NCBI RefSeq assembly: GCF_009914755.1 | Contig: NC_060929.1 | Length of the DNA stretch: 64,000 nucleotides | Source: the human T2T-CHM13v2.0 reference genome, Homo sapiens | Direction: 5' to 3' (one strand) | Shown: in pieces, positions 14,060 through 27,589 of the stretch | Layout: the number at the start of each line of letters is the position of its first letter | Numbering within the stretch: position 1 is the first letter of the stretch | Made by a program: the position numbers and the translations under genes | Notes under the pieces: model-generated | Seen by the model: the letters and a program-made list of their open reading frames with translations, nothing else | Told to the model about the DNA's origin: nothing | Database searches by the model: none

Positions 14060-14725
14060 ACACTGCACTACCCTAAACAGTAGTAACTAGATACAAGTAC
14101 TGAGTACTTGAAATGTGGCTAGTTTGAATCAAGATGTCTTGTGTCAAATATAAATCAGACATTGAACACCTACTTTGAAAAAGAGATAGTATCAAAATAT
14201 TAATGTTTTTATATTGATTACGTGTTGAATATTTTTATTCATAAAATATTAATGCTTTTATATTGATTATATGTTGAATGATATTTTGAATATACTGAGA
14301 TAAAGAGCATTATTAAAGCCAAAAGTGGTTTCTAAAAAATTTATAGTTACCTATATGGCTGAAGGCCAGACATAGTGGCTCACATCCTGTAATCCCAGCA
14401 CTTTGGGAGTTCAAGGAGGGAGGTTCCCTTGAGGCCAGGAGTTTGAGACCAACCTGGGCAACATTGCAAGACCCCATTTCTACACAAAATTTTTAAAATT
14501 AGCTGGGTGTAGTAGCCTGCACCTGTAGTCTTAGCTATTTAGGAGACGGAGGCAGGAGGATCACTTGAGCCCAGGAGTTCAAGGCTGCAGTGAGCTGTGT
14601 TTGTGCCACTGTACTCCAGCCTGGGCAACAGATTAAGACCTTGTCTCTAAAAGAAACAACAAGAAAAAAGAAATAAAATTACCTATGTGGCTTATGTTTG
14701 TGACTCCTTTATGTTTCTATTAATG
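14060..14725. mobile_element. MER33/MER3-like hAT element interrupted by AluJ
   Basis: 'tactgagtacttgaaatgtggctagtttgaat', 'ttacctatgtggctta...tttatgtttctatt'. Confidence 0.65.
14364..14678 (+). mobile_element. AluJ
   Basis: 'gatcacttgagcccaggagttcaaggctgcagtgagct' (J-type); TSD ttacctat(a/g)tggct. Confidence 0.92.
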
Positions 14726-16769
14726 CCAGTAAAGAAGATTTGAATAGAAGCAAACCAAGAGTCAGCATTTTAATTTCCCTTACTTTCCAGAAGGGGGAAA
14801 AGAATTCCAGCAAGTGGAAATGCTCTGCTCAAAGGCACAAACCTGGTTGGAAAGAAGTGAGGAGTTGAGCTTTCATCTTTTGAGTCTGTGTCTCACGTTC
14901 CCTAAGTTACATAGCTGGCCCCTGATGGAAAATTCAAGGCCAGAGAAACAGACTTCCTTAGGACATTTACACATTGGACACCATGTTTCTTTAACCTTTT
15001 AAGATACAGTCAGTGATAATTTTAAGAATGTTCTGGGGATTTGCAATAGGATTGAAAGTAGATAGGAGTTAGGGGACTTTAATGTTCTATTTAATACCTC
15101 AGTGTTATTTTTAAACCTTGGGCACGTATTACTATTAAAGAAAAACTGGCCTAGGGGTTGGGAAAGCAGATTTAAAAGAAACTGTGGCTTGAAATTCAAA
15201 TCTGGAGATATTTGAAGTGGCTTTTTCTGCCGTTATTTTCTTTGACATCTCTAAACACCCTCAGCTAATTCTTACTGCTCTCTTTGGGTTTTTTACTTTT
15301 TACATTACTAAAGCAAAATCAACTGGTACAAACTAATTTTTGAATCTGCAGCTGTAGCTCAAAAAACCTGTTTTTCCTACTTTTGCAAGCAGCAGACTCC
15401 TAAGAATGACTGGTGATTTTGTTTTAAAAGAATTTAAGTCCTGCTTTCTAAAGGGCACTTGCCAACAGAGTAGATGTTTCTATGTGAAGCTATTTGCTAC
15501 CATCATACTTGAGATTTTTTTGCTTATGGCTTTCAGTGCTGTTACTTCTAAAGGCAGATTCTTGAACACAGGTTCGTTAGCTTCAGAACATACGCAGTCT
15601 CCTCATGGTAGCAGCTGTGCTGAGTTCCTGAATGGAGAGATGATTTCCACAGTACATTTTATAGCCACACATCATTCCTGAGGACAATCTAAAACACAAA
15701 TTATTTTTATTTTTACTCCTTTATCATATAAGAGAAAGAAATACTTAGCTAGTCTGAGTGATAATGTTTATAGCAGCATATTCTATTTTTGTGGCAGTTT
15801 CTTTCAAGCACTCTCGCCTAACCTAAGAGGGACAAATGTAGGTTGCCTGTACTTAACAGGACCCTTGGAGTACATATGGATATGGTATAAATTCCTCTTT
15901 TTAACTTTTTGTCAGTATTTTCATCTTCTCTTCTTACTTAATCACTTTCAAGGCTTTTCAGCTGCTGAAACAAAAAATAAGCCTGTCCTAGAGGCTGATA
16001 TCGTCTTCTGGAGCCACCTTTCTGAGAAAAGTGCAAAGGTTCTGAAGGGATTTTTAAATTTGATTTCTTAAAGAGTTATTTTTCACAGTTAGATATCTGA
16101 GCTCACCTAGAAGCTGAGTAGCCTCAGTAATCTTGAGTTCCCAAATCTACTTTTATTCATTTCACATTCATGATTGTAAGCATCTATTATGTGCCAGGGT
16201 AGGGTTATATCCATTGTAAGTAACCTTGGCAGAGTAAAAAATGCTGCACAGAGGCCTGTGGACCACTCCTAAGGACCTTTGGAGTGGCAGAAAGGAGATG
16301 GAGAGGATGAAGCAGACAAGCCTGGACAGCTGAGTGTTCCCACCTCTAGAAATAGTGAAGTACTGCACAGTCATAGCCTGTCTGCCCTTGGGCTTCTGAT
16401 TGCTGCCTGGGACTTTAAATCCCTGAGCTGAGCTTTCCTGACCTTCGGACCCTTGCTGCCCCCACAGCTCCAGAAGCTGGAGCATTTATCTATAACTCAA
16501 CACCTGGGCCCCAGTCTCAGCTCTAATACAAACACCAGCTCTGTGACCTCACCTTAGCTTAGAGTAGCCTCTCTTGGTTTCATACTTTGATCTGTAAAAC
16601 AAAGGAGTGTGACCCTTTCTTTTTTTTCTCTCTCTCTCTTTCAGCACTAACCTGTTAACCATGCTTGAGAGAAGAGGTAGAACCTCATCACAACTACCTT
16701 TTGGAAATAGTTTTCCTGTACTAGAATAGGGGGCGTCAGTCAACCTGATGATGTTGTACAGGGAAATTT

Positions 16770-16897
16770 CGGAGATATGCACGTGCCTAGGCGCTGCCTC
16801 CAACCAATTAAACAAAAATTTCTGGGGAGTGGGACCTGGGGATGAGTATTTTTGAAGAGCACACCAACTAGTACACAGCCAGTGTTGAGAACCACAG
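16770..16897. mobile_element. MER5A-like fragment
   Basis: 'aatttctggggagtgggacctggg...agccagtgttgagaaccac'. Confidence 0.6.
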
Positions 16898-16904
16898 GTT
16901 GTGT

Positions 16905-17092
16905 AAAAGCATCAGGCCTTGAGAGGGACAGATGTAGATGTAATATCCAGAATTTACTACTTATTAGTTGTAAATCTGTGGACAAGTCACTTAGTCTCTC
17001 TGAGCCTTAGTTTCTCTATCTGTAAAATTGGGACCAAATTGTATCTTCCTCAAAGGTAGCCATGTGGCACACAGTAGATACTCAATGAATTG
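16905..17092 (+). mobile_element. MIR
   Basis: 'ggacaagtcacttagtctctctgagccttagtttctctatctgtaaaattggg', 'tggcacacagtagatactcaat'. Confidence 0.8.
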
Positions 17093-17107
17093 TAATTGAG
17101 ATGGGTC

Positions 17108-17311
17108 TATTGCTGTGCTGTCCAATATGATAGCCATTAGCTATACGTGACTATTTAAAAGTTAGATAAAGGTAAAAATTTGGTTCCCCAATTGCACTAG
17201 CCACATTTAAAGTGCTCAGCAGCCATATGTGACTAGTGGCTACCATATTGGACAGCAGAGATATCAAATGTTTCCTTCATTGCAGAAAGTTCTAGAGACT
17301 AGAAAGTGCTG
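17108..17311. mobile_element. MER3-like hAT-Charlie element
   Basis: 'gctgtccaatatgatagccattagc...ctagtggctaccatattggacagc' with the internal inverted symmetry typical of MER3. Confidence 0.85.
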
Positions 17312-17924
17312 ATCTACATTCTACAGGATCTACTTTACTAAGATCCAAGTTTATTAAGGGAAAATTTATCTTTAACTCTGTTCTAGAAAATCCACTACAT
17401 TAGCTTTTGTCAGGTAAGTAGCAAGACTTACGGCTTGGGCAGAAAAGTAAAGGAAATCCAGGAATCATCCCTTGTGTGGAGACATTTTTGCTTGTTTCTA
17501 TATACCTATAAATGAGTTTACCTAGAAGTAAACAAGCAAGTGGGAACATGTAATCGATTCTACAAATAATGATCTTTTCTCCCTTCCCTCCCACCAGTTC
17601 TGGGGCTACACTTACCATTTAATCCATTTGTTAAAGTGGAACATTAACTTCTTTCTGCCCTATTTGTTCCTACCACAGGCAGTATACAATGAAGCTGCCG
17701 GTATGTGTGTGTGTGTGCGTGAGTGTGTGTGATCAAGAGAAAGGGGTACAAGGTGAAAGAAGGAGCTGGCAATGATAAGGGAAGTCCCTAAATAAGTGTC
17801 TGTAACTGAGAAAATAAAAGTCATACATAGAACATGTTTGATGATTTTATTATCTGTAATATTTATTTCAGATATTTTGACAGCTCTTTTATTCAAAAAA
17901 ACTCCTTAGTATTATTTTGATTTA

Positions 17925-18160
17925 CCCATAGTGGAGACTCTGAAGTCAGATGGTCTGAGTGCAAACCATGCTCCAGTATTTGCTATAGCTAACTGATGTT
18001 GGATGGGTTTCTTTACCTTTCTAAGTCTCAGTCTTTCCATTTGCAAAATAGGGATAAATGTTGGTAACCACACCTCATAAGGTTATTGCAAAGATTAAGT
18101 GACAGAATACGCATAAACTCTTTAGAATAGAATCTGACACCCGATAAATGCTCAGTGAAT
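17925..18160 (+). mobile_element. MIR
   Basis: 'gactctgaagtcaga...ctaagtctcagtctttccatttgcaaaataggg...cacctcataaggttattgcaaagattaagtga'. Confidence 0.75.
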
Positions 18161-20072
18161 TTTTAAAAAATTGTTTAGAAAGGACATTTTATCATCAGCA
18201 AACAGATGATATGACACTTTTAACTTCAGCAAGTAGAAGAAAATATACATTCCTCATAGGAATTTTGAAGCTATTTAAAAAACGTAATGCTCTTGTTTCT
18301 TTGTCATATCTTTTGGAACGAGTGGGCCTGTTTTTAAAAGAACATTTATAGTTCCTATGTTACATAAATGTTCCACTTGTGCTACTGTACTTGTTTAGTT
18401 AAGCACAGGCCTAGCAGCTGGGGAAGTGTCAAAGTCTAAAAAGCAAGGGATTGTTGATTTGAGGTACCCTGTGTTAAAAATTGCTAATATAACTAAGCCG
18501 CCTTAAAAACAAGGAAGGTAGTTGTTCTTGATGGAAAAGAGACAACCTCTTAAATTCACTTTATATTTGTTTTGTCTTCCTGCAATAATGTTTCTGTTGG
18601 CAAAGTTACTTTATTATTATTTTTTTAAATCTGAGAGCATGATATATCTTTTGGGTTTTTAATTATTTAGATGTTTCACACTCTTTTGTTTTGTTATGCA
18701 CTGTGACAGTGTGACATGCCTAAAGGACCAAGGACCAGCTCCCCAGTGAGTAGAAAGTGCTGTCATTTATTTTTAGAAAGGAAGCCGTATTGGTTCATAT
18801 AAGCTGCTTTCCCAGCTGAAATAACATAGCAGATTGGTGCTGTTTGAACACTGCTAATTGCTGAACATTCTTAAACTAGTAAATAGGCCTGATTACCTGG
18901 ACTCCAAACAGTAAGTCAAACAGACCAGATCACTTTTGATAAGAACACTCTATTAACCTTATATATTCCCATTGGATTATCTTCCAGGGATATGAAATGT
19001 TAAGTTATAAATGTCTTCTTTTTTTTTAATTTAGAAAGACTTTAGGAAAAATTGTTTGGGATATTTGAAGGTAAGTTAAAGATCATTATGTCCAATGTAT
19101 GATTTAGTAGATAATTATCAGGTACTATACCATTAGCTGAGAGGTCAACAGTAAAGATGAACCCATTCAGAACAGAAAGTCCTGATTTACAAGATCTTGT
19201 TGTACCCTGCCATGTCTGTTTGGGTAACTGCAAGCAAACAGTAATAACTCTAACAAGGAAACAGTGAGCTTTTAATAAATAAAATGTAACATGAGTTCTT
19301 TATTAGACCCTTAAATCTCAAAACTAGAAAGCTTTTTAGAATAAAATTCCACTTCTACTCACCCTTTGAAATATTCACTGGAAACACAACTCTAAGATTC
19401 CTTCCATTTTCCAGATTCTAGAGCATTCATGTTAAAAATAAGCTTGAAATATTTTATTTAATAATTTAAAAATTATTTTAATTAAATCTTGCTGATGTGA
19501 ACCATGTCTGTTCCCTTAAGCCTAGAAATGGAGTCTGGAACACAGCAAAAATGACCAAAATATAGTATCATGTCCAGAGTCAGGAAATGTCAGTTTTAGA
19601 GAATTGCCAACTTGCTTTGTGAGCTCACTTAGTTTAAAGGAAGTTTCCTTATCAATAGGAGATATAGGGAGTTTAAACAATTTGATGAGGAAGTTTCCTT
19701 ATCAATAAAGTATAGGGGCAAACTAGTATTCTGAAGTTTTTTCTTTTCTGGATCAAAAATTCAATAATAAGGTTTGTTTTTATAATATTAAAAATATCTT
19801 ACTGTTTTCTTGGCTTACTATTGAAAAATAGTAGAAAGAAGAAAAAGGAAACATCTACAGTCCCACCAGTCACCTTTAAAATTATTATATTATCTTCTAG
19901 TCTTTTTGTTCTACACTTAAAAGAAATTAGAGTTGAGCTCATACAGCATATTATATATGCTTAACATTATAATGTCAAAAACTTTTTATAAACATTTAAA
20001 AATGATTATGTGAATATAAGCATTTATCTTCTTATTGGATATTTTACATAGTATCATTTAAAAAATTAATTA

Positions 20073-20238
20073 ATTTTTTATCTTTATTTTTAGAGATGGT
20101 GTCTCACTGTCACCCAGGCTAGAATGCAGTGGTGTGATCATAGCTCACTATAGCCTTGAACTTCAGGGCTCAAGTGATACTCCCACCTCAGCCACCCAAA
20201 GCACTAGGATTACAGGTGTGAGCCACCACACCGAGCCC
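20073..20238 (-). mobile_element. Monomeric Alu (FRAM-like or left/right recombinant AluJ)
   Basis: Single monomer with left-arm-type 5' end ('ggattacaggtgtgagccacc') and right-arm-type 3' part ('gtgatcatagctcactatagcc'). Confidence 0.85.
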
Positions 20239-20744
20239 ATTTTAGAAAAGTATTATAAGCAATGCTTTTGTGAAAATATTTGTACTTAAGGGTCACTCTT
20301 CCTTCTAACTCTAATTAGTGTTTTCTCCACAGGAGAGAGTCCCAGAAGTGGAAATACTAGGTGAAATATATGAATAGTTTAAAGGTTCTTGTGCATTTGC
20401 TTTCCAAAAAAGTTAACTGTATTACCATCAAAAATTTATTGCTGCACAGAAAGATGCCCACTTTGCCACAACAAGGACATTGGATAATTTTCATAAAGAA
20501 TTAAATATATGGTTCTCCTATGCTTGGTCTCTTAAGATTTGAAATTTTAACCAAGTATGAAGACATCAATTCCATATAGTCTATTCCTTTCACACAGAGA
20601 AAAGCTTTGTTTCACGATCACAGGCTGTGTGTCTACCAGCTGTTAGTGAACTTTAAGATTGCAGGTTGGCTTAGCACAGATTGTTATGATGACCATACTC
20701 TAAAGGTATTTTAAGGATAATAAATTTGTCTGTTTTTTCCAGGC

Positions 20745-21316
<572 letters not shown>

Positions 21317-21534
21317 AGTATTTGAGGCAATGTTGGGCTCTATTTTCAGTAACAGATGAATTAGATCTCACTGAACTAACCTTCTGCAGGTAAGAACTAT
21401 AGACTCTGGGAAATGACATTAATAATATGCAGCAGCTACTTAAAGGTTCAGAAGAGTGAGCAGAAGCATATGGATCTTGACGAGAAATCCATGCTTGGAG
21501 GAGGCAAGGGAAATTAAAGAAAATTCTAAAGAGA

Positions 21535-23960
21535 ATTCTCTAAATGGATTTTATGGATTGGAAAACTCCGTGTTATTAAAATGACAATTGTCCTCCCAAC
21601 CGATACATAGAATCATTTCAATTCCAATCAAAATCCTAGCAAGCATATAAAAAAGAAATTGACTTTAACATTATCAGTGATGTTATGTGGATATCAGGTG
21701 TCTCCTGATATTATGTGATGAGAGGGGTACTTCTCTATGCTTTTTTTTTTTTTCCTTGAAAACCCATGGGCCTAGTCTAATCATGAGAAAAACATCAGAT
21801 AAACCAAACTGGGGGACATTGCACAAAATACGTGATCAATACTCTTCAAGATTGTTAAGGTCATGCATGAAAAACAAGGAAAGGCTGAGAACTGACACAG
21901 ACCAGGAGATTGGAGAGACAGGATGACTAAATGCAATGTGATATTCTAGATTAGATCTTGGAACAGAAAGAAGACATTCATGGAAAACTGGTGAAATCCA
22001 AATAAAGTATTTAGTTTAGTTAATAGTGATAATGCCAATGTTGGTTTCTTAGTTTTGACAGATGTACCACAGTAATGTAAGATAATAATATTAGGAGAAA
22101 CTAAAACTGGGTGAGGGGTATGTGAGAACTATACCACTTTCACAAATTTTCTGCAAATCTAAAATTATTCCAAAATAAAAAGTTTATTTAAAAAAATTGT
22201 TGAGTTTATTCTAAAATTTACGGAAAGGCAAAGGACCTAGAAAATTCAAAACAATTTTGAAAAAAAATGAGGTATTTAGACTTTTTGACATCAGTGTAGT
22301 GTGGGAAGTAGAAAACACACTTTTTAAAAATTAAAATAGATTTCCTGATTTCATGACTTATTATACAGCTATAATAATCAAGACCATGTTATCAGCATAA
22401 AGATAGAGATATAGCAATGCAACACAATAGAGAGCTCAGAAATAGAGCTTTACTTATATGATCAACTGATTTTCAGCAAAAGCACCAAGGTAATTTGGTG
22501 GGGAAAAGGATAATTTTTCTAACAAATGACACTAGAACAATTGAATATCTTTATGGAAAAAATAAACCTTGATCCTTACCTTAGACCCTACACAGAAATT
22601 AATGTGGATTGTAAATTTAAATGTAAGGGCTAAAGCTAGAAAATTTAAATGTAAGAGCTAAAGCTAGAAAAAGAATTATAGGAGGAAATATTTGTAGTGT
22701 TGGGTTAAACCAGTGGTTCTTGCCAGGGGTGATTTTGTACTGCAAGGGACATTTGGCAATGTCTGGAGACATTTTTGGTTATCACAACTGGAGTGGAAAG
22801 GGTGCATTTGCTAGCCAGTGGGTGTGGCCCAAGATGCTGATAAACCTCCCACAATGCACAAGACAGCCCCTGCAACAAAGTTCAGTATGTGCCAAGTTTG
22901 AGAAAGCCTAGGTTAAGAAAGGATTTCTTAAATCACAAAAATGACTCTTACAAGAAAACAATCAACAATGGACTTCCCCCAAATTTAAAATTTTATTTTG
23001 TGAAAGGTACATTAAGAAAATGAAAAGGCAAGCCACAGACTGGGAGAAAGTATCTGCAAAACACATTTGACCAAAGGCTTGAATTCAGAATATATAAAGA
23101 ACTCTTACAACCAATAATAAGAAAACAACTTTGGGCAGAGGATTTGAACAGACGCTTCAAAAAAGAACATCTATGTTTGCCCAGTAAGCACATGAAAAGG
23201 TACTCAACATCACTAGTTATCAGGGAAATGCAAATTAAAACTAATTTGCATTAATTTAAATTAAATTAATTTAAATTTAAATTAATTACTTTAAATTAAA
23301 GAGATACCACTACAAACTCACTAGAATGGCTAAAATTAAAAGCCTGGCAATCTCAAGCATTGACAAAGATGTGGGGCAACTGGAACTTCCTACTTTGCAA
23401 GTGGGTCTGCAAAGTGTTCAACTACTCTGGAAAACAACTTGATACTGTCCATAGTAAGCATATGCTAACCATATGACCCAACACTCTCCTATTTTGTAGG
23501 TATTTGTCCAAGAGAAATGAAAATATGTGTCCATACAAAGAGTTGTGTGTCAGTGTTTATAACCACATTACTTGTAATGGTGTCTAACGAAACAATCCAA
23601 TTATCCATCAACTGGGTAACTGATAAACAAATTGTGGTATAATCATACTATGGATTTCTATTTTGCAATAATAGAAATATTGATAACATGGATGAATTTC
23701 AAAAACCTTATGTTAAAAGAAATCACAACATTATATTCCATGTGATTCTATTCATAAGAAATTCTGGAAAAGGTAAAACTATAGGCTGAGGCTGGGTGTT
23801 AGGGGGAGGGTGGAGGAGGATCAGTGCAAAGAGGAAATTTTTTTGGGTGATGGAAATATTCTATGACTTGATTATGGTGATGGTTACATGACTATATACA
23901 ATTCTGATAACTCATCAAACCGTATATTTAAAATAACTGAATTTTATGTTAAATTTAACT
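21535..23960 (+). mobile_element. Old L1M ORF2-end/3'UTR composite, with a nested L1M piece (~21670-22195) and a MER20
   Basis: 'aaaatgaaaaggcaagccacagactgggagaaagtatctgcaaaac', 'cagggaaatgcaaattaaaac', 'ggtgatggttacatgactatatac'. Confidence 0.8.
22711..22910. mobile_element. MER20
   Basis: 'cagtggttct...ggacatttggcaatgtctggagacatttttggttatcacaactgg...gtttgagaaagcc'; TSD ggttaa(ac/ga). Confidence 0.9.
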
Positions 23961-25248
23961 CAGAAATATACATTGAAAAAGGAATTTGAGACTGAAATTA
24001 ATAAGACACTATTAAAAGAAGATGAACCAAATAATAAAGGAGAAAAAGTTAATTGTACCTAAAAGTTCAAGATAATTATTGCAGTTGAGCACTAAATTTA
24101 GCTTCCAGATTCCTGGCAGATGATACAAAAATGAAAACTGCATGTGCTATATACTTTTTATTATGCCATAAATGGAAAAGTCAGAAACCTGTCAAAAGAC
24201 TACACATTTTAACAAGCAGAAAGGAGTAATTTTCTGTGAGAATCATCACATAAAGGACATTAAATATCACACTGGGCAATATTTTTCAAAAAACTTTTAA
24301 GAAGTTAGAAATATTCTTCATATGGCTGACTCTCATACTGACCATGAATAAACCATTCTATCCTGAGGATCTAAAATAAAGTACATAGCTTCCTGTTGTT
24401 TCAACCCTTGGAGCAGCTTCTCAGATGTCAATAACCTGACTAAGATAATTGATGTGAGCTTAAGCACAAAGGAGGCATGGCTGAGCTCCATGGAGAAGGA
24501 CTGAGGTATGATTTTTAAAATGAGGCTTATAACTGCTGACATTTTTATAAGAGTCAAACTGACCCCAGTGGAGCTCATCCCACACTGCATGGGGTCTATC
24601 TGCTTAAACAAGCATTCTGTTGAGTTCCTGATTTTTATATCCTGACAGAGAAGAAATAGCTTTGTCCTGAGAAATTCCATTGGTAAGAATCAATAGTTAC
24701 CTGCTTCTTCTATCAAACTTTAATATGATTCATGTATAATGTTTTGATTTGAGCTGGTCTGCAGCCTGGTAAGCCTGCCAAGTTGCCTTCAAGATATAAG
24801 CTCAGATAATTACATGAGTTGACCTATTGAATTATTTCAGCAAATTTGAATACCGCTGAAATTTGTATGTGGAAAATGAAGATTTGGATCTTGGCATACT
24901 CGATATTGGATTGCTATTGATTTCAGAAGGAACAGATCAGCAGGTTCAGTTATGTCGTGTGGTCTCAGACCATTAGCAGAGGAAAGGATTCCTGAATTCC
25001 CATCTACTTATTGTTGTCAGGGTCCAGTGCAGAGCATTTACGTATGATAAAGGGGAGGAGGCTTTGGAAATAGTTATATTAAATCCTTTTGGGGGTTAGA
25101 ATTTGTGTTGTGAGGTGCACATCCCTGTCCACTCCAAACAGCTCCTATATCCAATGCATGACCCAGATCTGGGCAATGAGAATACTGCATACCCCTGCCC
25201 ACAGTAAGAAGCCATGGAGCAGGGTGGCGAAAAGCCTAGGTTCTGGAG

Positions 25249-25328
25249 ATAGTCTATATGGTAGACATATGACATCGTAGTAACTCGAATAGTCTATATG
25301 GTAGACATATGACATCATAGCAGCTCAA
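25249..25328. repeat. Two-copy 40-bp tandem duplication
   Basis: atagtctatatggtagacatatgacatc(g/a)tag... at 25249 and 25289. Confidence 0.9.
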
Positions 25329-25984
25329 AATCTTTTGATCTCCGTATTTTCACAGTTCCCTGCATTATGAACTTCACCTTCCCAAGGCAGCATAGAAACT
25401 AAAACCAAAGGCTATGTTTCCAAGTCTCCCCAAAACTAGTGGCCAGTTATGTGGCCTCAGTGAAACCAGTCTGACGCACTGAGGAAGACTTTGACTCAGA
25501 AGTGAGATATAGGAAGATCAAGGCTGGTCACAAGGCATCATTTTGCTGACTCCAGAGTGGATTGCAGACTTTAGGATCAGCAGTGGCAGCATCTACATTC
25601 AGCCAGTTCTGGAATGTGATACTGAATCCTAAGACAATGCCTCAAAACAGACCAGCTGGGCTTCAAGCTGTCGCTGCAAGGCCATCTCAAGTGTTTCCTC
25701 TATGATAACTTTCCTGATTCTGTGAGTCAGTCTCATCCTCCTTTGTGCCCACCTTTAACAGTGATAATTATTTTCATGATATTGATACTTTTATAATGGC
25801 TTCTTTGGATACTTTTAAATCTAGAAGCTTGTGTGTGTTTGTAAAACATCAGCACTGAGAATATTATACAAGGGCACTCTGGCACATAATTACCACGGAA
25901 ACAAATGGAGATGTCAGTTGTTATACATCTATTGTCTATTATTATACAAGTGTAACACTTGTTCATGATGTGTCTTTCTTATAA

Positions 25985-26172
25985 TGGCAATGATTCTCAA
26001 ACTTCAGTGTACATAATAATCACCTGTAAACCTGTTAAGATGTAAATTACTTGGCTTTACCCACAGAGATTCTGATTCATTTGAGATAGAGTGGGTCCCA
26101 GGAATCTACATTTTAATATTTTTTCAGGTGATTTGGATGCACATGGTCCATAGATCACACTTTTATAAACAC
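25985..26172. mobile_element. MER5A-like
   Basis: 'tgattctcaaacttcagtgtacataataatcacctg...cccacagagattctgattca...cccaggaatctacatttt'. Confidence 0.8.
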
Positions 26173-27589
26173 AGGATTATACCTGAACTCCGTACACATT
26201 TTTCATCCTTATTTCTCCTTATTTACTGATGTTAATCCAGTGCCTGGCACATGGTTTACTATTAGTACAATGGCTAAATTTGATCATCACATAAGAAATA
26301 GTAAAACAAAAAAAAAGACAGGAATATTGAAAATAGTGATATTTTACATATTCATGTTGCTCAAAAATTTCAGAATGCTTTGGAACCAAAGAAGCAAACT
26401 TAATAGTATTTTTCCATACAATGACTCAACAGATTCTCTAAGGGTCAAACTTTTGATTCAGTGGGTTTCCCCCTAAAGTCAGGATTCATTTTCCATGCAT
26501 GGTCAAACACAACACACTGTATATTGATTTTTGATTCACATATTTACCAGGGGAAACTGTGCCCACAGGTCTGACATGTTTCTTTCTAAAGAGGGTGTCT
26601 TTATCTAGAACTTTAATGCTTGGGTTCTGGCAGGGCTTCTCCTACTGCTCTTCCAGCCCTCCTCTCTGTGACACTATCTCTGGGTGTCAGGGGCTTAAGT
26701 TTGAGAAAAACAGCATTTGTGAAATAGTACCTTCTAACACCCAATTAGATATTGATGATGTGGAGATAACTTAATCACAGTGCTCCAGATGAAAGCTCAA
26801 TTATTTCTCCAGCTTCTGCTCTTTGTCTGCCCAAGTTTGTTTGAGTAGCTAGGTAAGATAACAGAGCTAACAGCAGGTGAACATGATTTGGCAAGAGAAG
26901 AGAAAGATCAGGAACAAAGATCCATAGCTCAAAGCACTCAGAATAGATGTGTCTACCCACTGATCTCAGTCAAGGAGGCTTTGTACTGCTCATTTCCATC
27001 TGTGAGAGTTCTGTCATGCAATGTCCTGTTCAGATGACATCTTTTCCAGGAAGACTTTCTGGGTATTCCCCAACCTGCTCCAGTAGGATCTTGCCATCCT
27101 CAGAAACTCTATGCCATAGTTTTCTGGATCTTTCTCTTCTGCCAAACTGTCAGCATTCCAAGGGCAGGGTACCCCAACTGAATAAGGACTCTATAAAAAT
27201 GCGAATGATCTGCTGTCAAAAGGCCCACGTCTCACTGCTGTAAATGGAAAGACTGGAACAAATATGCTAAAATGTACTATGGGCTTTTGAGAGAGGGTTT
27301 TTTTTTTTTTTTTTTTTTTTTCCTTTGCGGGTGGAGGTGAGGAGAGTAGACAGCTTCTGGAAATTGGTGGTATGTCCATGTAATGGAATACTGAATGACA
27401 ATGAAGATAAGGATCTTCTCAAGGGTTATATATAGGGCAATGATACATTCACCTTTTTTTTTAAATGACTGTAGTGAGGTATATTTTACATCTCATAAAA
27501 TTCACCTATTTAAAGTGTACATTTTTTGGTTATTTTCCATACATTTTCTGCTTATGTATCAAGTGACAATTTTCTGATTCTTAGTAACT

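Noticed and set aside
17112-17260. Hairpin-like symmetry as a pre-miRNA
   Set aside because: It is explained by the intrinsic inverted structure of MER3.
25249-25328. Short direct repeats as a CRISPR-like array
   Set aside because: Only two adjacent copies with no spacers, in a primate genome.
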